A DNA stretch of 64,000 bases from Kiritimatiellia bacterium (GCA_045545855.1 JAZQBR010000203.1:1264-65263); one strand, 5' to 3'. Shown: positions 1 through 10,169, numbered from the stretch's first letter. Made by a program: numbers and translations. Notes: generated by a model not told the origin, from the sequence alone.

Positions 1-561
1 CACGTCTGCGCGCGAAGCGAGATCGCACGCCGCCGAGAACGCGGCCTCGGGCAGGGATTCGCCGAAGAATGTTATGTCGGGCTTGTACACCCCGCCGCAG
101 CGGCAGACGGGCACATAGTCCTCGCCCAGTTTCGCGAGGCCGCCGTTCGCGGCGATCATGGCCATGATCCCATCGAACGTCTTTGCGTCGCCGCACCGCC
201 TGCAGTGGTGCATGATCGGCGAGCCGTGCACCTCGTAGACCTTCTTCGAACCGGCCTTCTGGTGCAGCATGTCTATGTTCTGGGTTATCACCCCGTCGAG
301 CAGGCCCGCGTCCTCGAGCGCCTTGAGCGCCAGATGCACCGGCCCCGGCGCGAAGTCGCCAAGCCCGTACACGAGTTCGCGGCAGCCGCGGTAGTAGACG
401 CGCGCGTCGCGGTCGAACCAGTCTATGTCGAAGATGCGCTCCGCGTCAGGATTCTTGTACAGCCCATTTGGTCCGCGAAAGTCCGGTATGCCGCAGAGCG
501 TGCTGACGCCCGCGCCGGTCATTGCGGCGACACGTTTCGCGCCCCGCACCGCCTCGATCAT
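1..561 (-). CDS. cobB: NAD-dependent protein deacylase, Sir2/CobB family (C-terminus beyond window start)
   Basis: Minus-strand translation (antisense of listed ORF 205..666) reads MIEAVRGAKRVAAMTGAGVSTLCGIPDFRGPNGLY...ITQNIDMLH...EVHGS...CRRCG...CRCGG...ITFFGESLP. These are the sirtuin GAGxS/GIPDFR, QNID, HG and Zn-ribbon Cys motifs. ATG at 561..559. Confidence 0.75.
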   Translation of the reverse strand, partial: MIEAVRGAKRVAAMTGAGVSTLCGIPDFRGPNGLYKNPDAERIFDIDWFDRDARVYYRGCRELVYGLGDFAPGPVHLALKALEDAGLLDGVITQNIDMLHQKAGSKKVYEVHGSPIMHHCRRCGDAKTFDGIMAMIAANGGLAKLGEDYVPVCRCGGVYKPDITFFGESLPEAAFSAACDLASRADV

Positions 562-673
562 TTCCTTCACTGCGACAGACCTCCTTCCTTTCTCGCCTGC
601 GCCGCCCAGGCCTTGCGGCACATTATACCAAAAATCGGCGCAACGCGGCGCGTCTTTTTGGTATAATACCCCC

Positions 674-2011
674 ATGAGGCAGATTCTCGAGAAACTTCAC
701 GCGCGCATGGGCGACTTCTGGTGGTATTCGCTCATGCTCTTCTGCGCCTGCCGTCTCGCGGACTGCCTGAATGTATTTGTCGGGCTGTGGCTCGTGCCGA
801 AGTGCGTCGACCCTGCCGAGCTTGGCGCCGTCATGCCGCTTGCGAACTTCGCGTCAGCGCTGGCGATCCCGGCCGCCGCGTTCGCCAACACGTTCAGAAA
901 CGAGCTTGTGCGCCTGTCGGCGGGCCGCGAGTTCGGGCGCCTCAGGTCGCTCATGCGCGGCGTCTTTCTGGCCGCCGCCGTTTTTCTCTTCGCCGCCATT
1001 GTAATCTCGCGCCTGCTCATGCCGCTTTTGCTGGAGAGGCTGCGCATAGTCGAGGGGTCTTTGGGGCTACTGATAATCGCGGCCTCGTTCTTCAGCGCCG
1101 TCGCGCCGGTCTACACGAACGCGCTCCAGGCTCTGAAGAAGTTCGGCCCGCAGTCTGCGATACACATACTCGGCGCGCCGGTGCGCCTCGCGGCCATGCT
1201 CGTCGCCATGCCCTTCAGGGCCCTTTCGGGCTACTTTGTCGGTCAGGCCGCGACACCGGCCTTCAGCATCGCCGCCTCGGTCTTGAGCCTCAAACGCGAG
1301 CTCGCCGTCCCGCCCGAGCCATACTGGACGCGCGCCGTCGCGAAACGCTTCGCCTCGCTCTTCGCCATCTTCGCCCTGAGCGGCGCCGCAGGCACCGGCT
1401 GCGGGCTCGTCGAAATGCTCGTCCTCCGCCAGCGTCTGCCTGACATGGATTCCGCCGGCTATTACATGGTCTCCAGATTCTCCGACATGGCCATCATTCT
1501 CTACACCGCTCTCAGCTACACGATATTCCCGTTCGCCGCCGACATGGCCAAAGACGCCGCCGCTCGCGCGCGCCTCATACTAAAGTCGTTTGGCGCGAAT
1601 ATCGCGTTCTGCGCCATGCTGGCGGCGCTTCTCGCGCTTGCGGCGAAACCGCTCCTGGCGATGCTGCCGCACGGCGAACTATACGCCGGCTACTGGTGGG
1701 CCGCCCCCTGGCTCGTCGCGACAACCGCCCTCTCGTCCCTCATCGGCCTCTACTCGGCCGCCGAAACGGCCGCCGGACGGTTCGGCTTCATGCGGTGGGC
1801 CGTGCCTCTAGACTTCGCCTACGCCGCCTCGCTCATGCTGGTGACGGGTTACGGATATTTCACCGGCTTTCTGCCCCGGGCGTGCACGGCCTTTCTCGAC
1901 GCCCACAATGTAAGATCGCTCGACGCGATGCTGTGGTGGATGACCGCCATCGCCGTCTTGCGCGCCGCATTCGCCCTCGCCGCCATTCTGAAAGACCGTA
2001 GAAAACAATGA
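674..2011 (+). CDS. Polytopic membrane protein, MOP/Wzx-like polysaccharide flippase family (445 aa from internal ATG of ORF 425..2011)
   Basis: About 12 hydrophobic segments. ATG at 674 (MRQILEKLHARMGDFWWYSLMLF) follows the sirtuin gene. The stop overlaps the next gene's ATG (ATGA), suggesting an operon. Confidence 0.5.
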   Translation: MRQILEKLHARMGDFWWYSLMLFCACRLADCLNVFVGLWLVPKCVDPAELGAVMPLANFASALAIPAAAFANTFRNELVRLSAGREFGRLRSLMRGVFLAAAVFLFAAIVISRLLMPLLLERLRIVEGSLGLLIIAASFFSAVAPVYTNALQALKKFGPQSAIHILGAPVRLAAMLVAMPFRALSGYFVGQAATPAFSIAASVLSLKRELAVPPEPYWTRAVAKRFASLFAIFALSGAAGTGCGLVEMLVLRQRLPDMDSAGYYMVSRFSDMAIILYTALSYTIFPFAADMAKDAAARARLILKSFGANIAFCAMLAALLALAAKPLLAMLPHGELYAGYWWAAPWLVATTALSSLIGLYSAAETAAGRFGFMRWAVPLDFAYAASLMLVTGYGYFTGFLPRACTAFLDAHNVRSLDAMLWWMTAIAVLRAAFALAAILKDRRKQ

Positions 2012-2775
2012 ATCGCGACTCTACAGTGCTTGTATGCTCGTGCGACGCCTATCACGATGTCGAGGCCCCTTTCATCGCGCTGTGGCGCCGGTTCTGGCCC
2101 GACTGTCCGTTCGAGACCGTGCTCTTGGGTGAGACCCTGTCAACCGAAGGCTTCGACCGCGCAATACTGACGGGGCGCGGCCTGACGTGGTGCGAGATGC
2201 TTTCGCGAGCGCTGGAGGCGATCGATACGCCCTATGTGCTGATGCTGATGAACGACTATTTTCTCGAAGCCCCCGTCGACACGGCGAAGATTCTCTCGCG
2301 CCTCGATGACGCCAGGCGCTTCGACGCCGCGAGCCTGAGGCTGAACCCGAACCCGCCCGGACGGCTGAAGCGGGCGGGCACCGACCTTCTCGAAATGCCC
2401 AAGAACGCCGCCTACTCGGTGACTTGCCAGACGAGCTTCTGGCGGCGCGAATTTCTTCTGTGGCTCGCCAGACGCAACAAAAGCGCCTGGGAGTTCGAGC
2501 GCCGCGGCTCGTTCATGACCGGCGGCGAGCCACGCCCGCTTCTCGTGACGCCGTCAAAGGAGTTCCCTTTTGTCGATGCCGTCCACAAAGGCTGCTGGGA
2601 ACGCTTCGGCCTCGAAGTCTGCCGCAGAAACGGCATCTCGCTCGCCCATTCGGCGCGCACCCTCCCGCCGTTCCGCACCCGGGTCGCCGAAGGACTGAAG
2701 GGGCTCGTCTTCAGACTCGCCCCCAAAACTCTTCTCGTGCGCCTGCAAAACCGCTTCAACATCGGCGCGCGGTAG
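2008..2775 (+). CDS. Hypothetical protein, translationally coupled to the upstream flippase-like gene
   Basis: 255-aa ORF with coding-like composition. The start overlaps the previous stop. No motif recognised. Confidence 0.45.
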   Translation: MNRDSTVLVCSCDAYHDVEAPFIALWRRFWPDCPFETVLLGETLSTEGFDRAILTGRGLTWCEMLSRALEAIDTPYVLMLMNDYFLEAPVDTAKILSRLDDARRFDAASLRLNPNPPGRLKRAGTDLLEMPKNAAYSVTCQTSFWRREFLLWLARRNKSAWEFERRGSFMTGGEPRPLLVTPSKEFPFVDAVHKGCWERFGLEVCRRNGISLAHSARTLPPFRTRVAEGLKGLVFRLAPKTLLVRLQNRFNIGAR

Positions 2776-2787
2776 TCTGATTTCGCG

Positions 2788-4407
2788 TCAAGCCTGCGCG
2801 AGCTCTTCCTGGAGCAGCCGTCTCGCGGCCCCCGGGCCCGACAGAAGCCTCAAGAAGAACCCCTCGATTTTCGCGGCGAGCGGCGTCGCGGCAAGGTCGC
2901 TGCCGAATATGGAGGCGTTCGAAAGAATGTCTTTCAGCTGCCCGCCGTAGCTCGAGGGGTCGTTCCAGACAATTCCTCCAAGCTTCGCCTGAAGCTCTTC
3001 CTTGAGCGGGTCTGCGCTGACCTCCATCGGTTCGCCCTTGTCGTCCACGGCGAGAAGATAGCGCATCCACCCCGCTATGGCGAGCGGTATTGCGACAAGC
3101 GTGTTCAAGTCGCGGCCCTCTGCCATGTAGCTCTTTATGGTCTCGCCGAAGCGTATGCCGACCTTCTGCGACGTGTCGGTCGCGATGCGCCTCGGGTCGT
3201 CGGGCATGAACGGGTTGGGCAGACGCTCGCCGACAACTTCGTCGATGAACGCCTTTGGCGAGAGTATCTTCGGGTCGACAACTACAGGCAGGTCCTCGAC
3301 ATAGCCGAGCCGCCTGACGAGCTTCACGATATCGGGGTCTTTCATCTCCTCGCAGATAAGCGTGTACCCCAGCAGACAGCCGTACATCGACATCGCCGTA
3401 TGTAGCGGATTGAGGCATGTCGTCACCTTCATGCGCTCCGTCTTGTTGACCGTCGCGCGGTCGGTCATGTAGACCCCGGCCTTTTCGAGCGCGGGCCGTC
3501 CGTTCGGGAACCGGTCTTCGACGACCAGATACTGCGGCTTTTCGGCGTTGACAAAAGGCGCGATGAACGTCTTTTTGGACGTGACGATAGGCGTCATGCC
3601 CTCGATGCCGTCCTTCTTCAGCGACTCTTCGACTATTGGATGAGGCCTTGGGGTGATCTTGTCTATCATCGACCAGGGGAAGGATACCACCGTCTCGTCC
3701 GTCACGTAGTCGAGATACTCCCGGCTGGCGAAACCGCTTTCGACCCAGGCCTTGGCGATCTCGACGACGGACGCCTTGAGTTTCTCGCCGTTGTGCGAGC
3801 AGTTGTCCATAGAAACGACAGCCAGCGGCAGACGGCCGGCCTTGAAGCGCTCCAGAAGGAGCGCGGCGACAATGCTCATCGCGTGGCGCGAGGCGGACGG
3901 GCCTTCTTTCATGTCGGCCTCTACGACCGGCATGAGCGAACCGTCTGGCCGGCGCAGTTGATAGCCTTTCTCGGTGATTGTGAAAGAAATCATCTTGAGC
4001 GAGGGCGAGCGGAACACCGCCTTGAGGCGCTCGACCGACGCCGCATCAGAGAAATCGGCCTTGACGCCTTCTGCGACGCCGGCGAGCACTTCGCGCGACG
4101 TCGTGCCGTCGGGGTTCAGCAGCACGTTCAGCGTCAGGCAGTCGAACGGCGCGTATATCTTGTCTATCACATCGTAGTCGAACGTATCGCAGGCGATGAT
4201 GCCCGTCTCGGCGAGCCCCGCGTTAAGCAGAGTCTGGCTTATCGAGCCAATGAAGCCGCGAAAGATGTTGCCGGCGCCGAAGTGCACCCACTCCGGGGCC
4301 TTGGCCGTCGCCTCGCGCATCTTGGCGATGTCGAATTTCGGCAGATTCACGCCGGCCTTCTGCCACGCGGCCGCGTCTTTGGTTATCGATTCGAGTGTGA
4401 GTTTCAT
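2788..4407 (-). CDS. Mannitol dehydrogenase family oxidoreductase (mannitol 2-dehydrogenase / D-mannonate-fructuronate reductase-like)
   Basis: 539 aa. N-terminal Rossmann motif WVHFGAGNIFRGF plus a long C-terminal domain typical of the long-chain mannitol DH family (UxuB/MtlK-like). Confidence 0.7.
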   Translation of the reverse strand: MKLTLESITKDAAAWQKAGVNLPKFDIAKMREATAKAPEWVHFGAGNIFRGFIGSISQTLLNAGLAETGIIACDTFDYDVIDKIYAPFDCLTLNVLLNPDGTTSREVLAGVAEGVKADFSDAASVERLKAVFRSPSLKMISFTITEKGYQLRRPDGSLMPVVEADMKEGPSASRHAMSIVAALLLERFKAGRLPLAVVSMDNCSHNGEKLKASVVEIAKAWVESGFASREYLDYVTDETVVSFPWSMIDKITPRPHPIVEESLKKDGIEGMTPIVTSKKTFIAPFVNAEKPQYLVVEDRFPNGRPALEKAGVYMTDRATVNKTERMKVTTCLNPLHTAMSMYGCLLGYTLICEEMKDPDIVKLVRRLGYVEDLPVVVDPKILSPKAFIDEVVGERLPNPFMPDDPRRIATDTSQKVGIRFGETIKSYMAEGRDLNTLVAIPLAIAGWMRYLLAVDDKGEPMEVSADPLKEELQAKLGGIVWNDPSSYGGQLKDILSNASIFGSDLAATPLAAKIEGFFLRLLSGPGAARRLLQEELAQA

Positions 4408-4491
4408 TCTAGTGCCTCCATGATTGACCCATATTTTCTCATAAAGGCGCGGCTTGCGCTAGAGCAAAGTTGCGACTTCTGCGCCGTATTT

Positions 4492-5460
4492 TTACGACTT
4501 TACGGCCGTGACCAGCCAATGGGGCATGGGCGGCGGCGCCGGGCGCGTCTCCTCAGGCGAGAGCCCCGCCTCGCGCATCCATCCCTTCAGCTCGCCGTCC
4601 GCGAAAACCCAGCCGTTCTCCGTTGTAAGCGCCATATTGACGGCGAAGAGCGCCGAAAACTTCGGGGCCGTGCGTGTCGCGTCGGTCATCATGTCGAGCA
4701 CATACACCCGCCCGCCCTTTTTCAGAGCGCGCGCCGCGCGGCCGAGTATGGCGACTATCGCCTCGGGCGACTCCTGGTGAAGCGCTCCGAAGATCGTGAC
4801 GGCGTCGTAGGCCGCCTGCTCGTATTCGTCGACATGGTAGTCTCCCGCACGGCATTCTATTCTGTCCGACAGGCCGAACTGCTCCACGTATGCGGCGGCT
4901 TCGGCGCTGATCGCCTTGAGATCGACCGTGACCGCCGAAAGCCCCGCGTTCGCCTGGCACATGAGTATCGCGTACGCGCCGGGGCCGCCGGCGAGATCCA
5001 GGACGCGCCCGCCGAGCGCGCCGAGCATTGGCACCACGCCGCGGCCTATGCCCATCGCGCGCCCGAACATCGCCGCCGCAAACGCCTTGGTGCGCGCGGC
5101 GTCTTCGCCCAGGTGCAGCGAGGGACGCTCCACCGGGCGGCCCGTGCGGGCGAAGTCTGCCAGACGCCCCCACGCCGGGTAGACATCGCGGTTGTACCTG
5201 ATCGCCTTTGTCAAATCGGCCGGCCCGCCCGGCAGCAGCGCCGCCTTCCCGGCCGGTGTGTTCATGTAGACGCCTTCGCTCTTCTTGATCAGAAGCCCTT
5301 CCGCCACGCATGCATCCGCCAAAAGACGCATGCCGCGCCCGCTCGCGTCAAACTCGCCCGACTCGACTTTCGAGAATATGTCCAGATCTATCGCCGCGAA
5401 AAGAACCGCGCTGCCGTAATATGCGCTCGCGAGATCCACGATCTCCTGCACTGACTTCAT
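4492..5460 (-). CDS. SAM-dependent O-methyltransferase (class I, family 2-like with N-terminal dimerisation domain)
   Basis: 322 aa. SAM-binding LDLAGGPGAYAI (motif I) and downstream VYVLDMM acidic motif. The N-terminal winged-helix-like region is typical of plant/bacterial OMTs. Confidence 0.65.
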   Translation of the reverse strand: MKSVQEIVDLASAYYGSAVLFAAIDLDIFSKVESGEFDASGRGMRLLADACVAEGLLIKKSEGVYMNTPAGKAALLPGGPADLTKAIRYNRDVYPAWGRLADFARTGRPVERPSLHLGEDAARTKAFAAAMFGRAMGIGRGVVPMLGALGGRVLDLAGGPGAYAILMCQANAGLSAVTVDLKAISAEAAAYVEQFGLSDRIECRAGDYHVDEYEQAAYDAVTIFGALHQESPEAIVAILGRAARALKKGGRVYVLDMMTDATRTAPKFSALFAVNMALTTENGWVFADGELKGWMREAGLSPEETRPAPPPMPHWLVTAVKS

Positions 5461-6785
5461 TCCTTCTCCTCCCCTGCCATTCGCCTGAGGCGCCGGTCCG
5501 CCAGCTTGAAAAGCTCCAGAAGAACTTCATCGTCGCCCATCGACACGTACTCCGGCCCCCAAAGCTCGTCGGCCTTGTCGGAGGCGAGCTTTCGCCGCAT
5601 CCCGGCGATTATGTCGGCCGCCTTGCCTATGGTAATGGCGTCCGTCGCGAGGCTCTCGAACACCCCGCGCGTCGCGACCCACGCGTCTATCTGCGAGAGC
5701 TCGATCGACGACTGGCTCATCATCGCGTCGGACATGTCGACCCGCTCTGCGACGCTGGGCTCGGCGAATATCTCCTCGAAGCGCGGAATGGCGAGCCGTC
5801 TTTCGGCCTCCGTCAGCCGGGCGTGCGTGGCGGCGAGCCTGTAGCCCAGCGCCCCCGCGGCCAGCGCGGCGGCGATCGCCACGCCCCCCACGTACCGCGC
5901 GACATGGCGTGCCGCGTGCCCGCGCCCCTTCTCGCGCAGATAGCGCTTCTCGGCCTCGGCCTCCGCACGCTCGCGCGCCGCCGCTTTTTCCGCCGCGTAC
6001 GAGAGGCACTCGCGCCCCTCCGGATTGGAGTGCAAGAGCTTCGGCACGATAACCTTCCAGACCGGATCGTACGTCTCAAGCGTCGTCACGACATCAGTGC
6101 GCGAGTCGCACCATGTGCCCGTCAGAAGCTTGTACACGATCACCCCCAGTGCATACCAGTCGGACTGCGGCGAGGCCGCGACCCCGAGCTCTATCTCCGG
6201 CGCCATGTACCCTATCGAGCCCATCACCGGCCGCCGCCCGTCGCGCAGGTTCACTATCGTGTTTACCGTGGATATCACCGACGCCTTGCCGTCGCCTGGC
6301 TCGAACGCCTTTGATATGCCGAAATCCATCAGAACCGCGTGCGAATCGGGCCCGACCATTATATTCTGCAGCTTCAGGTCGCGGTGGACGACCCCCTGCG
6401 CGTGGATGTACGCGAGGGCGTCGCGTATGTCGTCGTACCACATGCCAATCGTCTCTTCGTCGACCGAGCCTTCTTCGACGTCGGCGAGACTTTGCGGCAC
6501 GCCATCGGGGTTGCGCACGAGGTCCATTACGAAATACATGCGCCCGGCGTCTTCGCCCATGTCGGTTACACGCACTATGCGCGGGTGGCTGAGGCGCGCG
6601 AGAAGGAGCCCCTCGGTTTGAAAGCGCCGCCTTACCTCCTCGTCGTCCTTCGGGTAGGCGTAGACCTTGACCGCATGCCGCGAGCCGAGACGCGTATTCT
6701 CGGCCTCGTACACTTCGCTCATGCCGCCCTTGCCCAGAAGCCGCACTACCTTCAGCCCGCCGATGCTCTCGAGTTCGCCTGCCAT
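5457..6785 (-). CDS. Hanks-type serine/threonine protein kinase with C-terminal transmembrane/coiled region
   Basis: GKGGMSEVY (Gly-loop), AVKV (Lys), HRDLKLQNIMV (catalytic loop), DFGISKA (DFG), APE motif. C-terminal hydrophobic helix follows. The stop overlaps the start of the upstream-adjacent gene. Confidence 0.8.
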   Translation of the reverse strand: MAGELESIGGLKVVRLLGKGGMSEVYEAENTRLGSRHAVKVYAYPKDDEEVRRRFQTEGLLLARLSHPRIVRVTDMGEDAGRMYFVMDLVRNPDGVPQSLADVEEGSVDEETIGMWYDDIRDALAYIHAQGVVHRDLKLQNIMVGPDSHAVLMDFGISKAFEPGDGKASVISTVNTIVNLRDGRRPVMGSIGYMAPEIELGVAASPQSDWYALGVIVYKLLTGTWCDSRTDVVTTLETYDPVWKVIVPKLLHSNPEGRECLSYAAEKAAARERAEAEAEKRYLREKGRGHAARHVARYVGGVAIAAALAAGALGYRLAATHARLTEAERRLAIPRFEEIFAEPSVAERVDMSDAMMSQSSIELSQIDAWVATRGVFESLATDAITIGKAADIIAGMRRKLASDKADELWGPEYVSMGDDEVLLELFKLADRRLRRMAGEEKE

Positions 6786-6786
6786 A

Positions 6787-7482
6787 TCACTGCCTCTTCC
6801 CGGGCAATTCGCCCGTTACGTCGAGAATCCACGCCGTGTCGGCCCAGCAGGGATGGCTCTTGTCCTTGAATATCTGCTGCATGATCGGCTTCTTGACTTC
6901 GTCGGCCCGGTTCAGTATGTCGTTGAACACCAGTTCGACAAGATCTTTCTCCTGCGTCTTGTCCATCAAGATGCCGGCGAGCAGCATGACATTCTCGTCC
7001 GGCACGAGATTCAGCGCCCTTTGCAGGCACTCTTCGCGCCGCGCCTTGGGCACCTTTCTGAACTGCTCTGAAAAAGCTTCTATATCCTCCATCGAGACTC
7101 CGGCCTTGGCGGGCTCCATCCACTTGTCGGTCAGCGAATCGAACGCATCCACGAGAGCCGTCTCTTCGCGCTCGGCGCGCGCCGCCTCGTCCTCTGCAGG
7201 CGCCTCTTCGGCCGCGCCCGCCAGGATTTGAGCACCGGCAGCCTCTCCGCTCTCCCGGCCCTGAGCCGCGCCAGCGACCGCACGGCCTTTTGCCGCCTCG
7301 CCAACGGACCCTTGAACCTCGAATGTCTCGCCTTCAGCCGCCTCGCTTGACGCGCCCGTCTCGCCTTCAGCCGCCCGCCCGCTCAAAAAAAAGTGCACGG
7401 CGACCGCGGCGACCGTCGCCGCAATCGCCGCAATGGCGACGAGAAGCGTTGCCCTTCTTCTACTCTCAGCTTTCTGAGTCAT
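6787..7482 (-). CDS. Hypothetical membrane-anchored protein (operon with Ser/Thr kinase)
   Basis: 231 aa. N-terminal TM helix (LLVAIAAIAATVAAVAV), low-complexity Gly/Ala/Glu region with GE(T)GASSEAAEGE repeats, and a C-terminal structured domain. Confidence 0.5.
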   Translation of the reverse strand: MTQKAESRRRATLLVAIAAIAATVAAVAVHFFLSGRAAEGETGASSEAAEGETFEVQGSVGEAAKGRAVAGAAQGRESGEAAGAQILAGAAEEAPAEDEAARAEREETALVDAFDSLTDKWMEPAKAGVSMEDIEAFSEQFRKVPKARREECLQRALNLVPDENVMLLAGILMDKTQEKDLVELVFNDILNRADEVKKPIMQQIFKDKSHPCWADTAWILDVTGELPGKRQ

Positions 7483-8311
7483 CGCTGCTGCCGCCGTAGA
7501 ACTCTTCGTCGTCTTCGTCGTCCGGATTCTCCTTCAGCCATTCGTCCAGCTGCTCGGCTGTAGTGATCTCTTCCTCGCCTGTGTAGAACTCGATGTTGTC
7601 GGGCAGCACAGACTTCGTCGCGTCGCTGCCCGAGACCATCAGCTCCTTTATTGTCTCGACGGCGACCGAGTGTCGCATGTTGTTGAGCTCGAAAAGCATC
7701 GAGTCCATCGCGTCCGCGTCAGTTATAACCTTGGCCGCCTGGATAAGTATGAGCGAACGCTCGCGGTCGCTCAGATCGAAATCTGAAAGCGCCTCTTCAT
7801 ACTTCTCGACCGCCGTCTGCAGAACTTCGGCGTCAGCATCGGCGAGAAAACCGGCTATCTCCGGCAGGCACGAGACGCCAAACCAGCCCAGCGCCTCGAT
7901 CGCGGCCATCCTTATCGACTTCGGTATGCCGTCGGGCCACTCGTCAGAGGCCTGCATCCTCTGCACCAGCCTGACTACCGTCTTCTTGTCCTCCATATCG
8001 AGAGCCTTGCGGATCTCCTCAATGAGCTTGCGCTGCTCTTCGGTCAAGTTCAATTCTTCTTCGTCTTCGACCGCGAACGTCGGCTTCTGGCGGGCGGCCT
8101 CGTCCCCGCCGATCGGCACCGGCTTTCTGCTCTCGAGCCTCTTTCTCGCCGCTGCCAGGTTGGCGCTTTTGGCAGGCTTTTCCTGCGCTTTCTTAACGAC
8201 TATCGCCTCGGCCGCCGGCTTTGGTTCATGCCCTTTGTCTATAAAGAACATGGATAGCGCGCCAAGCCCGGCCGCCACGACAGTCACCAATATCAACTTC
8301 CATGTATTCAT
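7466..8311 (-). CDS. Hypothetical membrane-anchored protein with acidic C-terminal tail
   Basis: 281 aa. N-terminal TM helix, central helical region, and a C-terminus of DDEDDEEFYGGSSDDSES. Overlaps the downstream gene by 17 bp. Confidence 0.5.
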   Translation of the reverse strand: MNTWKLILVTVVAAGLGALSMFFIDKGHEPKPAAEAIVVKKAQEKPAKSANLAAARKRLESRKPVPIGGDEAARQKPTFAVEDEEELNLTEEQRKLIEEIRKALDMEDKKTVVRLVQRMQASDEWPDGIPKSIRMAAIEALGWFGVSCLPEIAGFLADADAEVLQTAVEKYEEALSDFDLSDRERSLILIQAAKVITDADAMDSMLFELNNMRHSVAVETIKELMVSGSDATKSVLPDNIEFYTGEEEITTAEQLDEWLKENPDDEDDEEFYGGSSDDSES

Positions 8312-8368
8312 TTATTTATTATATGCGGGAATCGCCCTCCAATGACAAACTTTGTCGCGCTACGCCGC

Positions 8369-8578
8369 TCAAAGCCCGAGCTTCGCTTTCGTCGCCGCCG
8401 CCACTCCGCCGGCCGCCTCGGCGCCGCTGTGCGACAGCGCGTTGAGCTGCGGAACCTCCGTCGGCCCGATCCACCCAGCCTTCACGCCCACATAGCCGTA
8501 CAGCCACATCCCGCCGCAGACCACGACCGCCAGCACGATTACCGGCAGAACCACCTTCTTTAAAACGAGCTTCATCAT
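8369..8578 (-). CDS. Small membrane protein (69 aa)
   Basis: Single strong TM helix (VVLPVIVLAVVVCGGMWLYGYV). Position is consistent with the start of the kinase operon. Confidence 0.3.
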   Translation of the reverse strand: MMKLVLKKVVLPVIVLAVVVCGGMWLYGYVGVKAGWIGPTEVPQLNALSHSGAEAAGGVAAATKAKLGL

Positions 8579-8699
8579 GATTTAACCCTCCTTGTCTTTT
8601 TGGGCGCCGCCCGGCCGGGCCGGACGCTTCGCGCTTGTCGCCGCATATATTACCATATTTCCGCCCGTCTGCCTACCCTGAATTTTCACGCGAGACGGA

Positions 8700-10169
8700 C
8701 TACTTGCCAAGCCAGTCGTTGATGTTGAGGTTCTGGGTGAGGTCGTCTTGGTGTCCGCTATCAATCTCCTCCATGACTTTATCGATAGAATTGACAACCT
8801 TGGTGGTGAAAGCAAGCTTTATCTCGTCGATGAGTTCCTTGCGATTGATTGTCGTGTCGCCGCTCAGCGCGCTGCGCACCTTGTTCACGAGCAGGACATT
8901 CTTGTTGTCCAATCCGCGGACTTTGTCCAATTCCTGCTGGAGAGGCTCGACGATGTTTGTGATTACATTGGAACGCACATTATCTTTGGCTTTCGCCTCC
9001 ATGAGGTCCTGGAACTTTTTGTCGGCCAGTATTTCTTCCTTCGTCTTCACCCTTGTGTCGCCGGCGTTCGGGTTGTTCGCCAGAGCCTTTTTGGCCTTCT
9101 TCTCGATTTTTTCCAGGCTTTCTTTGATAATGGTCTTCTTCGCACTGTCAACCTTCGCGTTGAACACCTGCTTGTCATTCGGGTTCAAAAGGGCAAATGC
9201 ACTCTCCAAATCGTCGATAAGCGCTTCCTGGCTGGCGGTGAGCGTTATTTTCTGCTGATTGACCTTGCCGGCGCCGTTATTCACGGCCTTGCCGCTTTTG
9301 TCTTTCGGGTCTTCAGCCACGCGCTCTTCGCCCGCCGGCTTGCCGGCGCCCATGGCCTTCCCGGCCTGGGCCTTGTTCACCTGGGCGAGGAGTTCCTCCC
9401 TTTCCATGCCCGTATTGACCGAGAATGTGTTGCCGCCGTCCAGCATGAAAGTTACCACTATACTCGCGTCGTCCGCTTCGTGAAGAGAGGCGAGCGCGGT
9501 ATTCAACTGGATGGGATTGTTCTTGCCGGGCAGATTGCCCGGCCGATTCATGATTATCGCGATCTCGTTTGCAATCCCCTTCTGGAGGTTGCTGAGCGTC
9601 TCGGTTTCGCCTTCGCCCGTGTATTGAAGAATGCCCAGAATCGTATTCACCGACTGGTCCGCCTCTGACACCATGCTGTCGATCGTCCGGCTGTTAATCT
9701 CGTTGCGCTTCGTCTCGCGCGCTTCCATCGTCTCCTTGCTCACGCCTTTGTAGATATCTTCGCCGGTCTTAAGCGTCGCGGTGCCGTCGATTTCACGCTT
9801 TGTGTTGATTATGCCGGCATACTCGTCGATAATCTGGCGGACATCTGCGGCTGAGAGAGGCTTTATGCCGCCGGCCCTTATGACGTCGACCGACTTGCCG
9901 GCGATGCCGAGTTTCTCCTTGACGGACGCAATATCGTCGGGGGAGAGGCCCTCGCTCGCGAGCGCCCGGCAGAACGCGGTCTTGAGCGCCAGCGATTCCT
10001 CGGGCGATATGGGCGTATTGTTGAATATCGTCCACGTCTTGTGGTTGTTCGTGCGGTAGACGCTCGAACCGTCCTCGCTGAGCTTGAGCTGACCGATATT
10101 GTACTTGCCGCTGGCTGCGGCGCTGAACTGGTCGAGTGTCAAGTGCAAGTTGTCTAGATTTACGCCCAT
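8700..10169 (-). CDS. Hypothetical protein; candidate secreted effector encoded immediately downstream of a T3SS-chaperone-like gene
   Basis: 489 aa from ATG at 10169 (MGVNLDNLHLTLDQFS...). Polar, Ser/Thr/Asn-rich N-terminus, no TM segments, Lys/Glu-rich helical body, no recognisable enzymatic motif. Confidence 0.5.
   Translation of the reverse strand: MGVNLDNLHLTLDQFSAAASGKYNIGQLKLSEDGSSVYRTNNHKTWTIFNNTPISPEESLALKTAFCRALASEGLSPDDIASVKEKLGIAGKSVDVIRAGGIKPLSAADVRQIIDEYAGIINTKREIDGTATLKTGEDIYKGVSKETMEARETKRNEINSRTIDSMVSEADQSVNTILGILQYTGEGETETLSNLQKGIANEIAIIMNRPGNLPGKNNPIQLNTALASLHEADDASIVVTFMLDGGNTFSVNTGMEREELLAQVNKAQAGKAMGAGKPAGEERVAEDPKDKSGKAVNNGAGKVNQQKITLTASQEALIDDLESAFALLNPNDKQVFNAKVDSAKKTIIKESLEKIEKKAKKALANNPNAGDTRVKTKEEILADKKFQDLMEAKAKDNVRSNVITNIVEPLQQELDKVRGLDNKNVLLVNKVRSALSGDTTINRKELIDEIKLAFTTKVVNSIDKVMEEIDSGHQDDLTQNLNINDWLGK

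Noticed and set aside
205-1443. Plus-strand ORFs 205..666, 721..1443, 771..1004 and the 425.. upstream extension of the flippase ORF
   Set aside because: These are antisense or alternative-frame ORFs typical of high-GC DNA. 205..666 is the mirror of the clearly motif-bearing Sir2 gene. The others are Arg/Ala-rich with no start context.
3640-5454. 604-aa plus-strand ORF
   Set aside because: It lies antisense to the mannitol-dehydrogenase-family and O-methyltransferase genes, both of which have clear motifs. The translation is Arg/His-rich low-complexity, a GC-frame artefact.
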